In this document: positions 19,122 through 28,902 of the stretch, one piece after another
How the letters are laid out: each line of letters starts with the position of its first letter
Position numbering within the stretch: the stretch's first letter is position 1
NCBI GenBank assembly: GCA_038213745.1
Contig: JBBQSQ010000001.1
Span: 18,464-82,463 of the forward strand
Direction of reading: 5' to 3'
Length of the DNA: 64,000 nucleotides
Origin: Cytophagales bacterium
Lineage (GTDB): Bacteria; Bacteroidota; Bacteroidia; Cytophagales; Hymenobacteraceae
Notes under the pieces: generated by a model
Told to the model about the DNA's origin: nothing
Database searches by the model: none
Seen by the model: the letters and a program-made list of their open reading frames with translations, nothing else
Program-made: the position numbers and the translations under genes

Positions 19122-21674
19122 CTAAAACCGCGCTATCAGCCGCAGGTTCACCACGCGCTGCGAGAGGTAGCTGGGCACGGAGTAGGTGATGCCGTTCACG
19201 TCCTGCAGGTAGCTGTAGCCGGCCACGTTGTTGGCCGCCAGCACGTTGAGAATTTCCAGCCCCAGCCACAGGCTTTCGAAGCTGTAGATGTGCGCTTTGG
19301 GTGCACCGTTATTTTTCAGGCCAATTACCTTCGAGAAGCCCAGGTCCACCCGCTTATAGCTGGTCACCAACGCATTGGTGCCGCGCAGGGTGGGCTCGTT
19401 GGGCGGGCTAAAGGGCAGGCCAGAGCCATACACCAGGTTCACGTAGCCCCGCACCGAGGGGTTGTTGGGCAGGTGGTCCTGAAAGAACACGCCCACATTC
19501 ACGCGCTGGTCCTGCGGGCGACGAATGTAGCCTTTGTTATCGCCGTCCACGTCCTCCCGGGTGCTCAGCACACCCAGGCTAAACCACGATTCGGCCCCTT
19601 TCACAAACTCCCCGCTCAGGCGAGCGTCGAAGCCGGCGGCGTAGGCGCGGGCGCTGTTCCTGGCGAAGTAGCGCAGGCGTACATTGTCCACGTCGTACGG
19701 CACCACGTCGGTCAGGTACTTATAATAGGCTTCGGCCGAAAACTTGAAAGGTCGGCCGTATTGCTGAAAGGTAATTTCCTTACCCACAATGAAATGGTAG
19801 GATTTCTGGGCGCGCAGCTCCGGGTTCAAGTTAGCTTGCTGCACGCCCTGGCTGATGGTGGTCTGGTCGCGCAGCTCGCGGTAAAACGGCGGCTGGTAGT
19901 ACACGCCCACTGCGGCTTTGAATGAGCGGTTGGGATGCTGACGGCTGATTTGGGAAAATTGCACCCGCGGGCTGATAACCAGCTGGCCGTTGGTGGTCCA
20001 GTAGTGCGCTCGCACGCCGTAGGTCACGGTGCGGAGCGAATCCAGGTTCCAGGTATCCTGCACAAAACCCTGGCTGCGGGTGCTGAGCAGGCTCAAATCG
20101 GAGCGCAGGCGCAGGCGGCGGGCATCGGGCACGAAGTCGGCCGAATCGGCAAAGCTATACTCGTCGAGGGTATCGGTGATTTTCTCCCGGCCGATTTTGG
20201 CCCCCCAGCGTACCGTATGGTTATCGCCCGGGTTCCAACGGCCCCGCGTTTCGGCGGTAAAAATCCGGGCCGTCAGAAAATTACGCGAGTGCTTGAACTG
20301 CGAGCCAATGTCGCGCTGACGCACGGCCTGATTAAAGTCAGGCGAGGTCGGGTCGCGGTTGATTTCGGCGAAGGTGTAGGCCGCTTCCACGTCGCGGAAC
20401 TCAAACTCCCGGGATATCAGGGCCGACCCCAGCAGCTCCATTTGCAGACGCGAGGAAAAATCGTGCTTCAGGTTCAGGCCCGACTGGTAAGTATCGAACT
20501 GCATCCGCTCCCGGCCGTCGTAACCAATAAACACCCGCGTAAACTGGTTGGTACCGGTCGAGAACGTGGCCTGCCCGGTTTCGGGCGAAAATCGGTAATC
20601 GTTGTGCGCAATAACTCCGAGCAGGCCCAGCGTGGTGCGCTGCAGGTCCTCTTTCTTGCCCAGGCCGATGTTCACAAAAGCCTGCGCATCATAGAAAGTT
20701 GGGTTGTAGCCGCCCTGTTGCTGCTTGAGCGAGTTGAGCACGTACTGCGCATTTTTATAACGCACCCCGGCCAGATAGCTCACCCGCCCATTGGCCGAGC
20801 GGGCCTCTGCGTGCGCCGCCCCGCCCACCAGGCTCCCGGTCAGGGACGCCGCAAATTTTTCGGGCGTCTTATAATCTACGCTCAGCACCGAGGCCAGCTT
20901 GTCGCCATACTTCGGCTGCCAGCCGCCGCTGCTGAACTCCACCTGCTTAACCAAGTCGGGATTGATAAAGCTCAGCCCCTCCTGCTGCGCCGAGGTGACC
21001 AGAAACGGGCGGTAAATCTCGAAGCCGTTGACGTACACCAGGTTTTCATCGTAGTTGCCGCCGCGAACGTTATAGGTGCTGCTTAGCTCATTGTTGGAAA
21101 CAACGCCCGGCAAAGTTTTCAGAATGGCATTGAAATCGCCAAACGGGGAGGGAATTATCTTGGCCGACTGCGGGTCGATGCGCGTGATGCTTACCTGCTC
21201 GCGAGTATCAGCCTGGTTCGAACGGGCCGTTACCCGCACCCCCCCCAGGGCTTTGGTGTCCAGTCGCATGGTCAGGCGCAGGGGCTTGGCGGCATCGGCC
21301 GGCAGCTTCAGGGGGATTCGCAATTGTAAATAGCCCAGCCGGCGCACCACCAGCACCACCGTCTGGCCCGCCGCCGGTACCCGCACCGGCAACGCAAACG
21401 TGCCTTCCGCCGTGGTATTAGCTCCCCCAGGCTGGCCCTCTACTCCTACCGCCGCAAGCTCCAAAGGCAGCCCATTGGCATCGCGCAACGTCCCCACAAG
21501 GGTAATAACCGTGACATCAGCCGGCTCTGCCGGGGCGGTTGTCTGCGCCAATACGGTAACGGGCACCAGCATTATCGGCCCCGCCGCTACCAGACCGCAC
21601 GCTACTAAACGGGCACCCAAATAATTCCTAAATGCAAGCACAGGCGGCAGACTCGGCGTAGAAGGTTGTTTCAC
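19122..21674 (-). CDS. TonB-dependent receptor-like outer membrane protein with N-terminal carboxypeptidase-regulatory-like domain
   Basis: Plug 'LKTLPGV..NNELSSTYNVRGGNYDENLVYVNG'; beta-barrel; terminal Phe. Confidence 0.85.
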   Translation of the reverse strand: MKQPSTPSLPPVLAFRNYLGARLVACGLVAAGPIMLVPVTVLAQTTAPAEPADVTVITLVGTLRDANGLPLELAAVGVEGQPGGANTTAEGTFALPVRVPAAGQTVVLVVRRLGYLQLRIPLKLPADAAKPLRLTMRLDTKALGGVRVTARSNQADTREQVSITRIDPQSAKIIPSPFGDFNAILKTLPGVVSNNELSSTYNVRGGNYDENLVYVNGFEIYRPFLVTSAQQEGLSFINPDLVKQVEFSSGGWQPKYGDKLASVLSVDYKTPEKFAASLTGSLVGGAAHAEARSANGRVSYLAGVRYKNAQYVLNSLKQQQGGYNPTFYDAQAFVNIGLGKKEDLQRTTLGLLGVIAHNDYRFSPETGQATFSTGTNQFTRVFIGYDGRERMQFDTYQSGLNLKHDFSSRLQMELLGSALISREFEFRDVEAAYTFAEINRDPTSPDFNQAVRQRDIGSQFKHSRNFLTARIFTAETRGRWNPGDNHTVRWGAKIGREKITDTLDEYSFADSADFVPDARRLRLRSDLSLLSTRSQGFVQDTWNLDSLRTVTYGVRAHYWTTNGQLVISPRVQFSQISRQHPNRSFKAAVGVYYQPPFYRELRDQTTISQGVQQANLNPELRAQKSYHFIVGKEITFQQYGRPFKFSAEAYYKYLTDVVPYDVDNVRLRYFARNSARAYAAGFDARLSGEFVKGAESWFSLGVLSTREDVDGDNKGYIRRPQDQRVNVGVFFQDHLPNNPSVRGYVNLVYGSGLPFSPPNEPTLRGTNALVTSYKRVDLGFSKVIGLKNNGAPKAHIYSFESLWLGLEILNVLAANNVAGYSYLQDVNGITYSVPSYLSQRVVNLRLIARF

Positions 21675-21701
21675 GGGGCGAATAACGCGTAAGCGCCACA
21701 G

Positions 21702-22415
21702 CTATTGCCGGCGGCCGGCAGCCAAAGCATCAATTTCCAGGCCCGCGAGGTGGTCGCGCAGGGCTGCCAGCGTGGCCACCGGGCCGGCCGGCGCGCTAAA
21801 CACGAAATTACCGGCCACCAGCACGTCGGCCCCGGCTTCTACCAGCGGGCCGGCATTGTCCATGTTCACCCCGCCGTCCACTTCTATCAACGCCGCCGAA
21901 CCGGTATCAAGCAGCAGTTCTTTCAGCATAGCTACTTTTTTCAGCGTATTCGGGATAAACGCCTGCCCCCCAAAACCGGGGTTTACCGACATCACCAACA
22001 CCACATCGAGGTCGGCGGCAATATCTTCCAGCAGGGAAACTGGCGTAGCTGGGTTCAAGGCTACTCCGGCCCGGCAACCCAACTGCTTGATTTGCTGCAC
22101 TACCCGATGCAGATGTGGGCACGCTTCGTAATGCACCGTGATGCCACTGGCACCCGCGTCGCGGAATGCCGTGAGGTAGTGCTGAGGCTCCTCAATCATA
22201 AGGTGCACGTCGATGGGCTGCTTGGCGTACTTGGCCACGGCCTGTAGCACAGGTAGGCCAAAGGAGATGTTAGGCACGAACCGGCCGTCCATCACATCGA
22301 AGTGAAGCCAGTCGGCGGCGCTGGTCGCCAGCCGCTCGGTTTCGGCTTGCAAGTTGGCCAAATCGGCGGCCAGGAAAGACGGGGCGAGCAGTGGGCTGCG
22401 GCGGGTTGCGTTCAT
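21702..22415 (-). CDS. rpe: Ribulose-phosphate 3-epimerase
   Basis: HFDVMDGRFVPN, DVHLMI, MSVNPGFGGQ, EVDGG. Confidence 0.96.
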   Translation of the reverse strand: MNATRRSPLLAPSFLAADLANLQAETERLATSAADWLHFDVMDGRFVPNISFGLPVLQAVAKYAKQPIDVHLMIEEPQHYLTAFRDAGASGITVHYEACPHLHRVVQQIKQLGCRAGVALNPATPVSLLEDIAADLDVVLVMSVNPGFGGQAFIPNTLKKVAMLKELLLDTGSAALIEVDGGVNMDNAGPLVEAGADVLVAGNFVFSAPAGPVATLAALRDHLAGLEIDALAAGRRQ

Positions 22416-22587
22416 GGGCACGAAGATACAGCTGCCGCGCCCGCGCCCCGAATGCGGCCGGCGGACGCTCCGGTTCTACTTTTGTGGCAAATTGGCCGTA
22501 CCCATTCTATAGGTACACGGCCAGCTGGCACGAAGCAATTCGCAACCGATTGCTCGTTCCCCATTCCTCATTGTTAACTCGTAGAAA

Positions 22588-23184
22588 GTGCCCCACCTCG
22601 TTCCCCTCCTCATCCGCGGCATCAATAACCTCTCCGACGCCCGCTACTGCGCCGGCATGGGTGCCGATAAACTCACCTTTATTCTCGACCCCGCTCTGCC
22701 CGGCCATCTCGATACCAAAGCCGTAAAAGAGTTGGCGGGGTGGATTGCTGGAGTTGAACTGATAGGTGAGTTCGACCAGCTTAGCTCCTTTGAGATTAAC
22801 GCTATAGCAGCGGAGTGTGCACTGGATGCCGTGCTCCTGCGCACTCCCCGCACCACCGAGGAGCTGGCCGAAATAGCGCCGCCCGTATACATCGAGTTAT
22901 CCCTGGAATCGGTAGCCTACGCCCGGAAACAGCCCGCTTCCGTGGTAGGAATAGTAGTGGAATTTCCCGAGGAAATTTCTGTAGAAACCCTAGCGGCACT
23001 GCACAGCATCAGCCATCAGCAGCCGCTTTGGCTGGGCCCCGGCCTAAACCCAGCCCGCGCCCGGGACCTCACCCAGCAGCTCACACTCGCCGGCCTGGTC
23101 TTTCCCTCCGGCGATGAAGTAAAGCCCGGCCTCCGCGATTTCGACCAGCGCGAAGCAGTAGTTGAGGCGCTGGAAACCGAGTAG
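22588..23184 (+). CDS. TrpF-like (phosphoribosylanthranilate isomerase-like) TIM-barrel protein
   Basis: N-terminus 'RGINNLSDARYCAGMGAD.L.F' resembles TrpF 'KICGIT..EDA..A...GAD.LGF' but is divergent. Confidence 0.6.
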   Translation: MPHLVPLLIRGINNLSDARYCAGMGADKLTFILDPALPGHLDTKAVKELAGWIAGVELIGEFDQLSSFEINAIAAECALDAVLLRTPRTTEELAEIAPPVYIELSLESVAYARKQPASVVGIVVEFPEEISVETLAALHSISHQQPLWLGPGLNPARARDLTQQLTLAGLVFPSGDEVKPGLRDFDQREAVVEALETE

Positions 23185-23231
23185 TTTCTCAGGCACGGCA
23201 CAACGCTTCCGCGCCATACTGGGCATTTGGG

Positions 23232-23897
23232 TTAGCTCACCCGGAACTGCACGTACTTAATCGGCACGCCTACCGCCCGGTACTTTCTTTCAAAATTGGT
23301 TTGAATAGCCTGTGCTTCCGTAAATTCCGGAGCAGTTTCCAAATATAAATCCCGCGTAAACCGCTCGACGACAGCCCCCGGACGGGCAGCCAGTATTTCG
23401 AGCGTGTATTCGAACAGGCCCTCATTATCAGTTTTAAGATGCAGCAGCCCCCCGGGAGTTAACAATTGTTCATACAACCCCAGGAAGCGCGGCGACGTGA
23501 GCCGGCGCTTGATGTCGCGGTCGCGCGGCCGGGGGTCGGGAAACGTAATCCAGATTTCGTCCAGCTCGCCAGGGCCGAACTGTGCCGCCAGGGCTTCGGC
23601 GCGCATGCGCACGAAGCCTACGTTGTGCAGACCCATTTCGGCCGCCCGGGTGCTACCCCGCCAAATACGCTCGCCCTTAATGTCGAGGCCCAGAAAATTG
23701 CGACCAGGGTAGCGCTGGGCCAGGCCTACGGTGTATTCGCCTTTGCCACAGCCTACTTCCAGTGTCAGCGGGTGCGGGGCCGGGAAAAAGTCAGTCCGCC
23801 ATCGGCCACCCAGTTGTTCGTATTCAGGTTTGCCCGGCTCAATGATATCGGGACGAATGGCGTTATCGTTGAAACGCTGGAGTTTAACGCGAGACAT
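23232..23897 (-). CDS. trmB: tRNA (guanine-N7)-methyltransferase
   Basis: LEVGCGKGEY, ITFPDP, LHLKTD, TNFERKY. Confidence 0.93.
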   Translation of the reverse strand: MSRVKLQRFNDNAIRPDIIEPGKPEYEQLGGRWRTDFFPAPHPLTLEVGCGKGEYTVGLAQRYPGRNFLGLDIKGERIWRGSTRAAEMGLHNVGFVRMRAEALAAQFGPGELDEIWITFPDPRPRDRDIKRRLTSPRFLGLYEQLLTPGGLLHLKTDNEGLFEYTLEILAARPGAVVERFTRDLYLETAPEFTEAQAIQTNFERKYRAVGVPIKYVQFRVS

Positions 23898-23967
23898 TTA
23901 TAAAAATAGAATTAAAAACTGCAAGTTGAGCATCAAAATAGCCCAGTAGAATTTCGATGTGTAATAC

Positions 23968-25284
23968 TCAACTTTTTACTGAATAAAGCTCTTCCACTTC
24001 GGCCACTACAAATGTGCTCCCGCCAATAAATACCACATCGCTAGTACCAGCGGCGGCGCGCGCAGCAGCCACGGCCTCCACTACGGAGCCATAGGTCTGT
24101 CCGGCTAGTCCCAAAGCAGCCGCCTGCTGCGCTAGGTCAGCTGCTGGTAGCGCTCGCGGAATATTAGCTGCACAAAAGTAATAGGTCCCATCCGCTGGCA
24201 GCAGGGCCAGCATACTGGTCACGTCCTTGTCATTCACCATACCGATTACCAAGTGTAGCCGCTGGTACGCAAGCCGCCGCAGTTGGGCCACTACTAGGCG
24301 CAGGCCAGCGGCATTGTGGCCCGTATCGCACACCACCAGCGGCCGGCGGCCAATAATGCTCCACCGCCCCCGCAGGCCCGTGAGCGGTGCCACCTGGCGC
24401 AACCCGGTGCGCACCGCCGCCTCGGTAATTCGAAAGCCCAGGGCCCGCAGCTCATCCAGGGTGGCCAGCACGCCAGGCAAGTTATGCTGCTGATAGTCGC
24501 CGGGCAGGCCCATCTCAATATTGGGCAGGTAGGGCCGGCCGTGCTGCGTAATGGTCACGGGCCGGAGCCCTGTTTCATCCGATGGCTCTGCGGTAAAAGC
24601 TGCCTCATACACTTGGTCAGCAAACACCAGATGCGCCAGCTTGGCGGTTGCTTCGCGTCGAAACACGTCGGTTACTTCGGGCTGGGTTTGGCTCACCACT
24701 GCTGGCACACCGGGCTTGATAATCCCCGCTTTCTCACCGGCTATTTCGGGCAAAGTATTACCAAGCAGGGCTTGGTGGTCAAAACTGATGTTGGTGATGA
24801 GCGAAACCAACGGGGTAATGATATTAGTGGAATCGAACCGGCCGCCCAAGCCTACTTCGATGATGGCAATATCCACGCGCTGCTCGGCGAAATAGGCAAA
24901 AGCCAAGGCCACGCACATTTCAAAGAATGAGGGCTGGACCGTTTCAAACAGCGGCTGCCAGCGCGCCACCCACTGCACCAGGTATTCCGGGTCCAGCTCC
25001 TGACCATTCACCCGAATTCGCTCGGTGAATTCGCGCAGGTGTGGCGACGTATACAAGCCCACTTTATAACCAGCCGCTTGCAGCACCGCCGCCAGCAGGT
25101 GCGAGCTACTCCCCTTGCCGTTGGTGCCGGCCACGTGCACGCTCCGAAAGGTTCGCTCCGGATTACCCAAGGCTTCAGCCAACGCCACCGTGTTGCCCAG
25201 GCCTTTTTTGTAGCCCGCTGCGCCCACGCGCTGAAACATGGGCAACTGCTCGTAGAGGAAGGCAAGGGTTTCGGAGTAGGTCAC
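23968..25284 (-). CDS. folC: Folylpolyglutamate synthase / dihydrofolate synthase
   Basis: HVAGTNGKGS, YTSPHL, EVGLGGRFDSTN, DTGHN; GTG start at 25284. Confidence 0.95.
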   Translation of the reverse strand: MTYSETLAFLYEQLPMFQRVGAAGYKKGLGNTVALAEALGNPERTFRSVHVAGTNGKGSSSHLLAAVLQAAGYKVGLYTSPHLREFTERIRVNGQELDPEYLVQWVARWQPLFETVQPSFFEMCVALAFAYFAEQRVDIAIIEVGLGGRFDSTNIITPLVSLITNISFDHQALLGNTLPEIAGEKAGIIKPGVPAVVSQTQPEVTDVFRREATAKLAHLVFADQVYEAAFTAEPSDETGLRPVTITQHGRPYLPNIEMGLPGDYQQHNLPGVLATLDELRALGFRITEAAVRTGLRQVAPLTGLRGRWSIIGRRPLVVCDTGHNAAGLRLVVAQLRRLAYQRLHLVIGMVNDKDVTSMLALLPADGTYYFCAANIPRALPAADLAQQAAALGLAGQTYGSVVEAVAAARAAAGTSDVVFIGGSTFVVAEVEELYSVKS

Positions 25285-25402
25285 GGATGCAGGGTCAGAG
25301 CAGGATTGAAACCACAAATTAACGCCGTTTGGGCGGGTACCAAAGAAAAAGTCCCGTCGCCTGCTCAGCAGACAACGGGACGCAACCTGGTTTTCAGCGG
25401 AA

Positions 25403-26308
25403 TTAGCGCACGGTGATTTTAAAGGTGTAAAAGCCGGTAGCCCCACCCGTTCCCCCATTGGTTCGGCGGAAGCTCATATCGTTGAGGGCATCGCGGCAAA
25501 GCTTTTCCTGCGCCGCCGATACGTTTCCCGACACTTTGGTGATGGCCTGGATTTCGCCTTCCTCGTTAATCTTTATCTTGAAGCGCACCACGCCCGAGTT
25601 ATCGTCAATGGCTGGCACACTGGGCTTGGAATCAGGGGCCCAGCCGCTCATTTCCAGGCCCCCGTCGCCAATACCACGGCCGGAACCCCGGCCAGTACCG
25701 TCGCCATCGCCCCCGCCAACACCATACAGGGCCTTGCCATTGAGGGTGCCAGTGGGGCTGCCCTGGTCGCCCACGGTGCCGGGGCGGTCGCCGTTGTTAT
25801 TGCCCGTGGGGGCGCTGCTGGTGCCGCTCACCCCATTCCCGCCACCGTTGGCACTGCCATTGGGCGAGAACGTGACGGCCACCCGACGCGCAGGTTTGGG
25901 GGCCACTTTCACTTCTTCCTTCACCGGTGCCGGTTTTTCAACGGGGGCTTCCGACACGGGGCTCTCCTCCACGTCGCTGGTGATAATCTTTTCCTGCGCG
26001 GGCGGAGTCGGGTCCGGCGTTACGGTTTCGACCGGGCGCGGTTGCGGCTCGGGATTGGACTGGGGCGGGCGGCTGTCTTCGCGGTTACGCGAATTATTGG
26101 CCGGGGCCATGCTCTGCACATCGCCGGAGCCCGCCGGGTCGAGGCCGTAATTCAATTCTACCTCTCCGCCACCACCGCCCAGGGTGGCCAACGGCGGGTT
26201 AGGACCCTTGAAAACCATGAAAATGAACAACAGCAGCAGCACCCCGTGCACCACCAGGGTACCAATCAGGGCCTCGCGGCGATGCGGTTCGGGATAATCA
26301 ATAGCCAT
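25403..26308 (-). CDS. TonB/TolA-like energy transducer
   Basis: Single TM helix with TxxxH, Pro/Glu-rich linker, Gly-rich segment, TonB_C-like C-terminus; follows exbB-exbD. Confidence 0.75.
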   Translation of the reverse strand: MAIDYPEPHRREALIGTLVVHGVLLLLFIFMVFKGPNPPLATLGGGGGEVELNYGLDPAGSGDVQSMAPANNSRNREDSRPPQSNPEPQPRPVETVTPDPTPPAQEKIITSDVEESPVSEAPVEKPAPVKEEVKVAPKPARRVAVTFSPNGSANGGGNGVSGTSSAPTGNNNGDRPGTVGDQGSPTGTLNGKALYGVGGGDGDGTGRGSGRGIGDGGLEMSGWAPDSKPSVPAIDDNSGVVRFKIKINEEGEIQAITKVSGNVSAAQEKLCRDALNDMSFRRTNGGTGGATGFYTFKITVR

Positions 26309-26339
26309 GAGAACAATACACTAAGCCGGCAGATTCGAT

Positions 26340-26762
26340 TTATTTGGCAGCCGCTGCCTGCTGGGCCTGCGTGGCCATCACCATTTTCAGCTTAAGCCGG
26401 TTGCCAATCTCCAGAATGTCAACCAGCTTCTGAACGTTCAACGAGGCGTCGACGCGTAGCACCACCGTCGGCTGCTCTACTGTAGGAGCCGTGCCTATCA
26501 GGGCCACCAGCTCCGTTTCGACCGCTGTGGAGCTAACCGGCTTCTTGTTGACGAAATACTGCCCGGCCGCATCAACCGAAATAGTAATCGGCTGCTTCAT
26601 GACTTGCTTACTGGATTTCGCATTCGGCAGCAAAAGCTTAATAACGTTGGGGTTAACCAACGTGGAAGCAATTAGAAAAAACAACATCAGGAAGAACATG
26701 ATGTCATTCATGGCCCCGGTTTCGACGTGCGAGGTAAGACGATGACGGCGGGAAAGATTCAT
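26340..26762 (-). CDS. exbD: ExbD/TolR family protein
   Basis: MNDIMFFLMLFFLI TM with conserved Asp; VVLRVD periplasmic domain. Confidence 0.88.
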   Translation of the reverse strand: MNLSRRHRLTSHVETGAMNDIMFFLMLFFLIASTLVNPNVIKLLLPNAKSSKQVMKQPITISVDAAGQYFVNKKPVSSTAVETELVALIGTAPTVEQPTVVLRVDASLNVQKLVDILEIGNRLKLKMVMATQAQQAAAAK

Positions 26763-26769
26763 ACTTTTT

Positions 26770-26854
26770 CAATGAAGAATGAAGAATGAGAAATGAGGAA
26801 TTGTGAACAGCCGCTTCGGACAATTCTGCATTCCTCATTCTTCATTCTTCATTG
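26770..26854. repeat. Heptamer-array inverted repeat (AATGAAG)n ... (CTTCATT)n
   Basis: About 5 tandem 7-mers, spacer, reverse-complement array; fills the exbB-exbD gap. Confidence 0.85.
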
Positions 26855-26858
26855 CGTT

Positions 26859-27554
26859 TTAGTTGTCTTGCAGGATGTCCATAAACTCAATAGCCGAGTT
26901 TTCCATCCGGAACACCATGCGCTCCACCAGAATACTGAGCCAATGATAGCCGATGTGGGCGATGATGCCGACAATGAGGCCTGTGGCCGAGGTCACCAGC
27001 TTGACATACAGGCCATCCGCCACTTGCGGAATACCGAATTCCTTGGTAGCCGCAATGGAGTAGAAAATCTTGATAACCCCGATAATGGTACCCACGAAGC
27101 CAATCATGGGCGCAATACCGGCGATAATACCCAGAATGCTGATATTTTTTTCGAGGCGGGCAATCTCAATCTTGCCAATGTTTTCCACGCTGGTTTCGAT
27201 TTCCTTGAGGGGCAGACCAATGCGGCGCAGGCCTTTCTCAACCATGCGGGCCAGCGGTGAGGCGGTTTGGGCGCACAGCAGCTTTGCGCCGGCCAAGTCG
27301 CCCTTCACCATGAGTGAACGAATGCTCAGCATAAAGGCGTCGGGGTTGCCAGCCGCCTTGCGAATGGTGATGTAACGCTCAATGATGATGTAAACCGAGA
27401 GCAGCGAAAGCGCCACCAGCGGTATCATGATTAACCCGCCGCGCATGAGCAGGTCGATAACGGGAACACTGGTGTCGGCGAGGGGAGCGGCCGGGGCGGT
27501 GGTATTGAGTGTATCGGCTGCGGTGGCAGTCACTTGCAAAAGGAATACGGACAT
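26859..27554 (-). CDS. exbB: ExbB/TolQ/MotA proton channel protein
   Basis: IAGIAPMIGFVGTIIG and LVTSATGLIVGI TM motifs. Confidence 0.9.
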   Translation of the reverse strand: MSVFLLQVTATAADTLNTTAPAAPLADTSVPVIDLLMRGGLIMIPLVALSLLSVYIIIERYITIRKAAGNPDAFMLSIRSLMVKGDLAGAKLLCAQTASPLARMVEKGLRRIGLPLKEIETSVENIGKIEIARLEKNISILGIIAGIAPMIGFVGTIIGVIKIFYSIAATKEFGIPQVADGLYVKLVTSATGLIVGIIAHIGYHWLSILVERMVFRMENSAIEFMDILQDN

Positions 27555-27562
27555 GCGGGCGA

Positions 27563-28795
27563 TTAAAATTTCAGGGTATTGTAGTCGCTGTGGGTGGTCA
27601 CGCGCAACCGCTGGGCCTCCCGCTGGGCCGAGGCCAGGTCGGGGTAGTCGGCAGCCGTGAGGCGGAACAAGCGGCTGCCGTAAGGAGGCAGAATGATGTG
27701 AGACGCGTGGCCGGTACGGGCCAATACCCTACGGCCCTGCTCCGCGCCTTTTAGACTGCTGTAGGCTCCGGCGATGACGAAGTAACGGCCGGTACGGGCT
27801 TTAATTGTGGTGGAACTACTAGTAGAAGCGGCTTCTGGAGCCTTAGCAACAGCCGGCGCAACTGGAGTTGCCATCACAGCAACCACCGTCTTCGTCGGTT
27901 TGCTCACCAGCGGCTTGGTAGTGGGCGTGGTAGCGATAGCCGTAGTTTTTAGCGGAGCCTCACTGCTTGCTGCAATAATCGGTTCTGCGGGGGCGTTGGT
28001 CACCGTTTCCATCGTGGCCACGAGGGGCGTTGCCTCAGCTACCGGCGCTGGGGTGGAAGGGGTATTTTCCAGCGGCGTCATGCCTTCCGATTCGATGGGA
28101 CGGCTGGTGAAATCGTGCTGGCCAAGGGTAGCTTGTTGAGGCTCGGCAAGGGTGCTGCTTGTGGCCGGGTGCTGCTGGGCCCACTCCAGGCCGGGCATGG
28201 AGGTGTTCCAGTTGGTGGGCAGGTAGCCCGCGTTGGCGGCAAATTGGTAGTTGGCCAGTAACATCAGCCCGGCAGCCACGGCGATGATGCCTCCGGGCAA
28301 CAGGCGCGCCCAGCGCGTACGGCGGGCAGCGGTGCCCCGCAAGGCCGGTTGCGGACGGTTGGGGCGGGCATCATTGGCCCGCACAGGGCGGGCGGCCAGT
28401 TCGGGCAAGCCGAAGGCCGCCGCCAAGAGGTTGTCAGTGCCCGTGTATTCAAAGGAAAGCCCCCGACCAACAGCCCGGCGGAAAATACCGATGCCCGGCA
28501 ACTCGGTGCGGTTGGTTTCTTCGAGTTCTAGCTGCAGGCTGGCCACGGCAGTGCGCACGGCTTCGCGGGCTTGCGCAATGGGGAGGCCCAGGTGCTGGCT
28601 TAGTGCATCTACTAACAGGCCGTCGTTGCGAGTCAGGGCCTGATTGAAGGCAACCAGCTTGGTGGGAGGACTCAAAGCCTGGCGGCCCGGCTGGGCACGC
28701 GCCGACGAAACATCGGCCACAAGGCCCCCGAAATCCGGAATAATCACGCAGTCGTGGTCGCGGAGCAGGGGGCGGATGTGGTCGGCAAGATGCAT
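27563..28795 (-). CDS. HU-like (HU-CCDC81) N-terminal domain, TM helix and C-terminal SPOR domain protein
   Basis: 'LLRDHDCVIIPDFGG', 'PP...VAFN..L..NDGLL', 'LPGIGIF'; TM 'IIAVAAGLMLLA'; SPOR 'YFVIAGAYSS...A'. Confidence 0.8.
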   Translation of the reverse strand: MHLADHIRPLLRDHDCVIIPDFGGLVADVSSARAQPGRQALSPPTKLVAFNQALTRNDGLLVDALSQHLGLPIAQAREAVRTAVASLQLELEETNRTELPGIGIFRRAVGRGLSFEYTGTDNLLAAAFGLPELAARPVRANDARPNRPQPALRGTAARRTRWARLLPGGIIAVAAGLMLLANYQFAANAGYLPTNWNTSMPGLEWAQQHPATSSTLAEPQQATLGQHDFTSRPIESEGMTPLENTPSTPAPVAEATPLVATMETVTNAPAEPIIAASSEAPLKTTAIATTPTTKPLVSKPTKTVVAVMATPVAPAVAKAPEAASTSSSTTIKARTGRYFVIAGAYSSLKGAEQGRRVLARTGHASHIILPPYGSRLFRLTAADYPDLASAQREAQRLRVTTHSDYNTLKF

Positions 28796-28802
28796 CTTTT
28801 TT

Positions 28803-28901
28803 GAATTACGAGTTTTGAATTATCAATTATGAATTGGTAACATTTTGAATGCCAGCAGCTATGAGCTCAGCTCATAACTTCTAACTCATCATTCATAATT
28901 C
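28803..28901. repeat. Degenerate heptamer-array inverted repeat (GAATTAT-type)
   Basis: gaattac gagtttt gaattat caattat gaatt ... actcatc attcata attc. Confidence 0.65.
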
Positions 28902-28902
28902 T

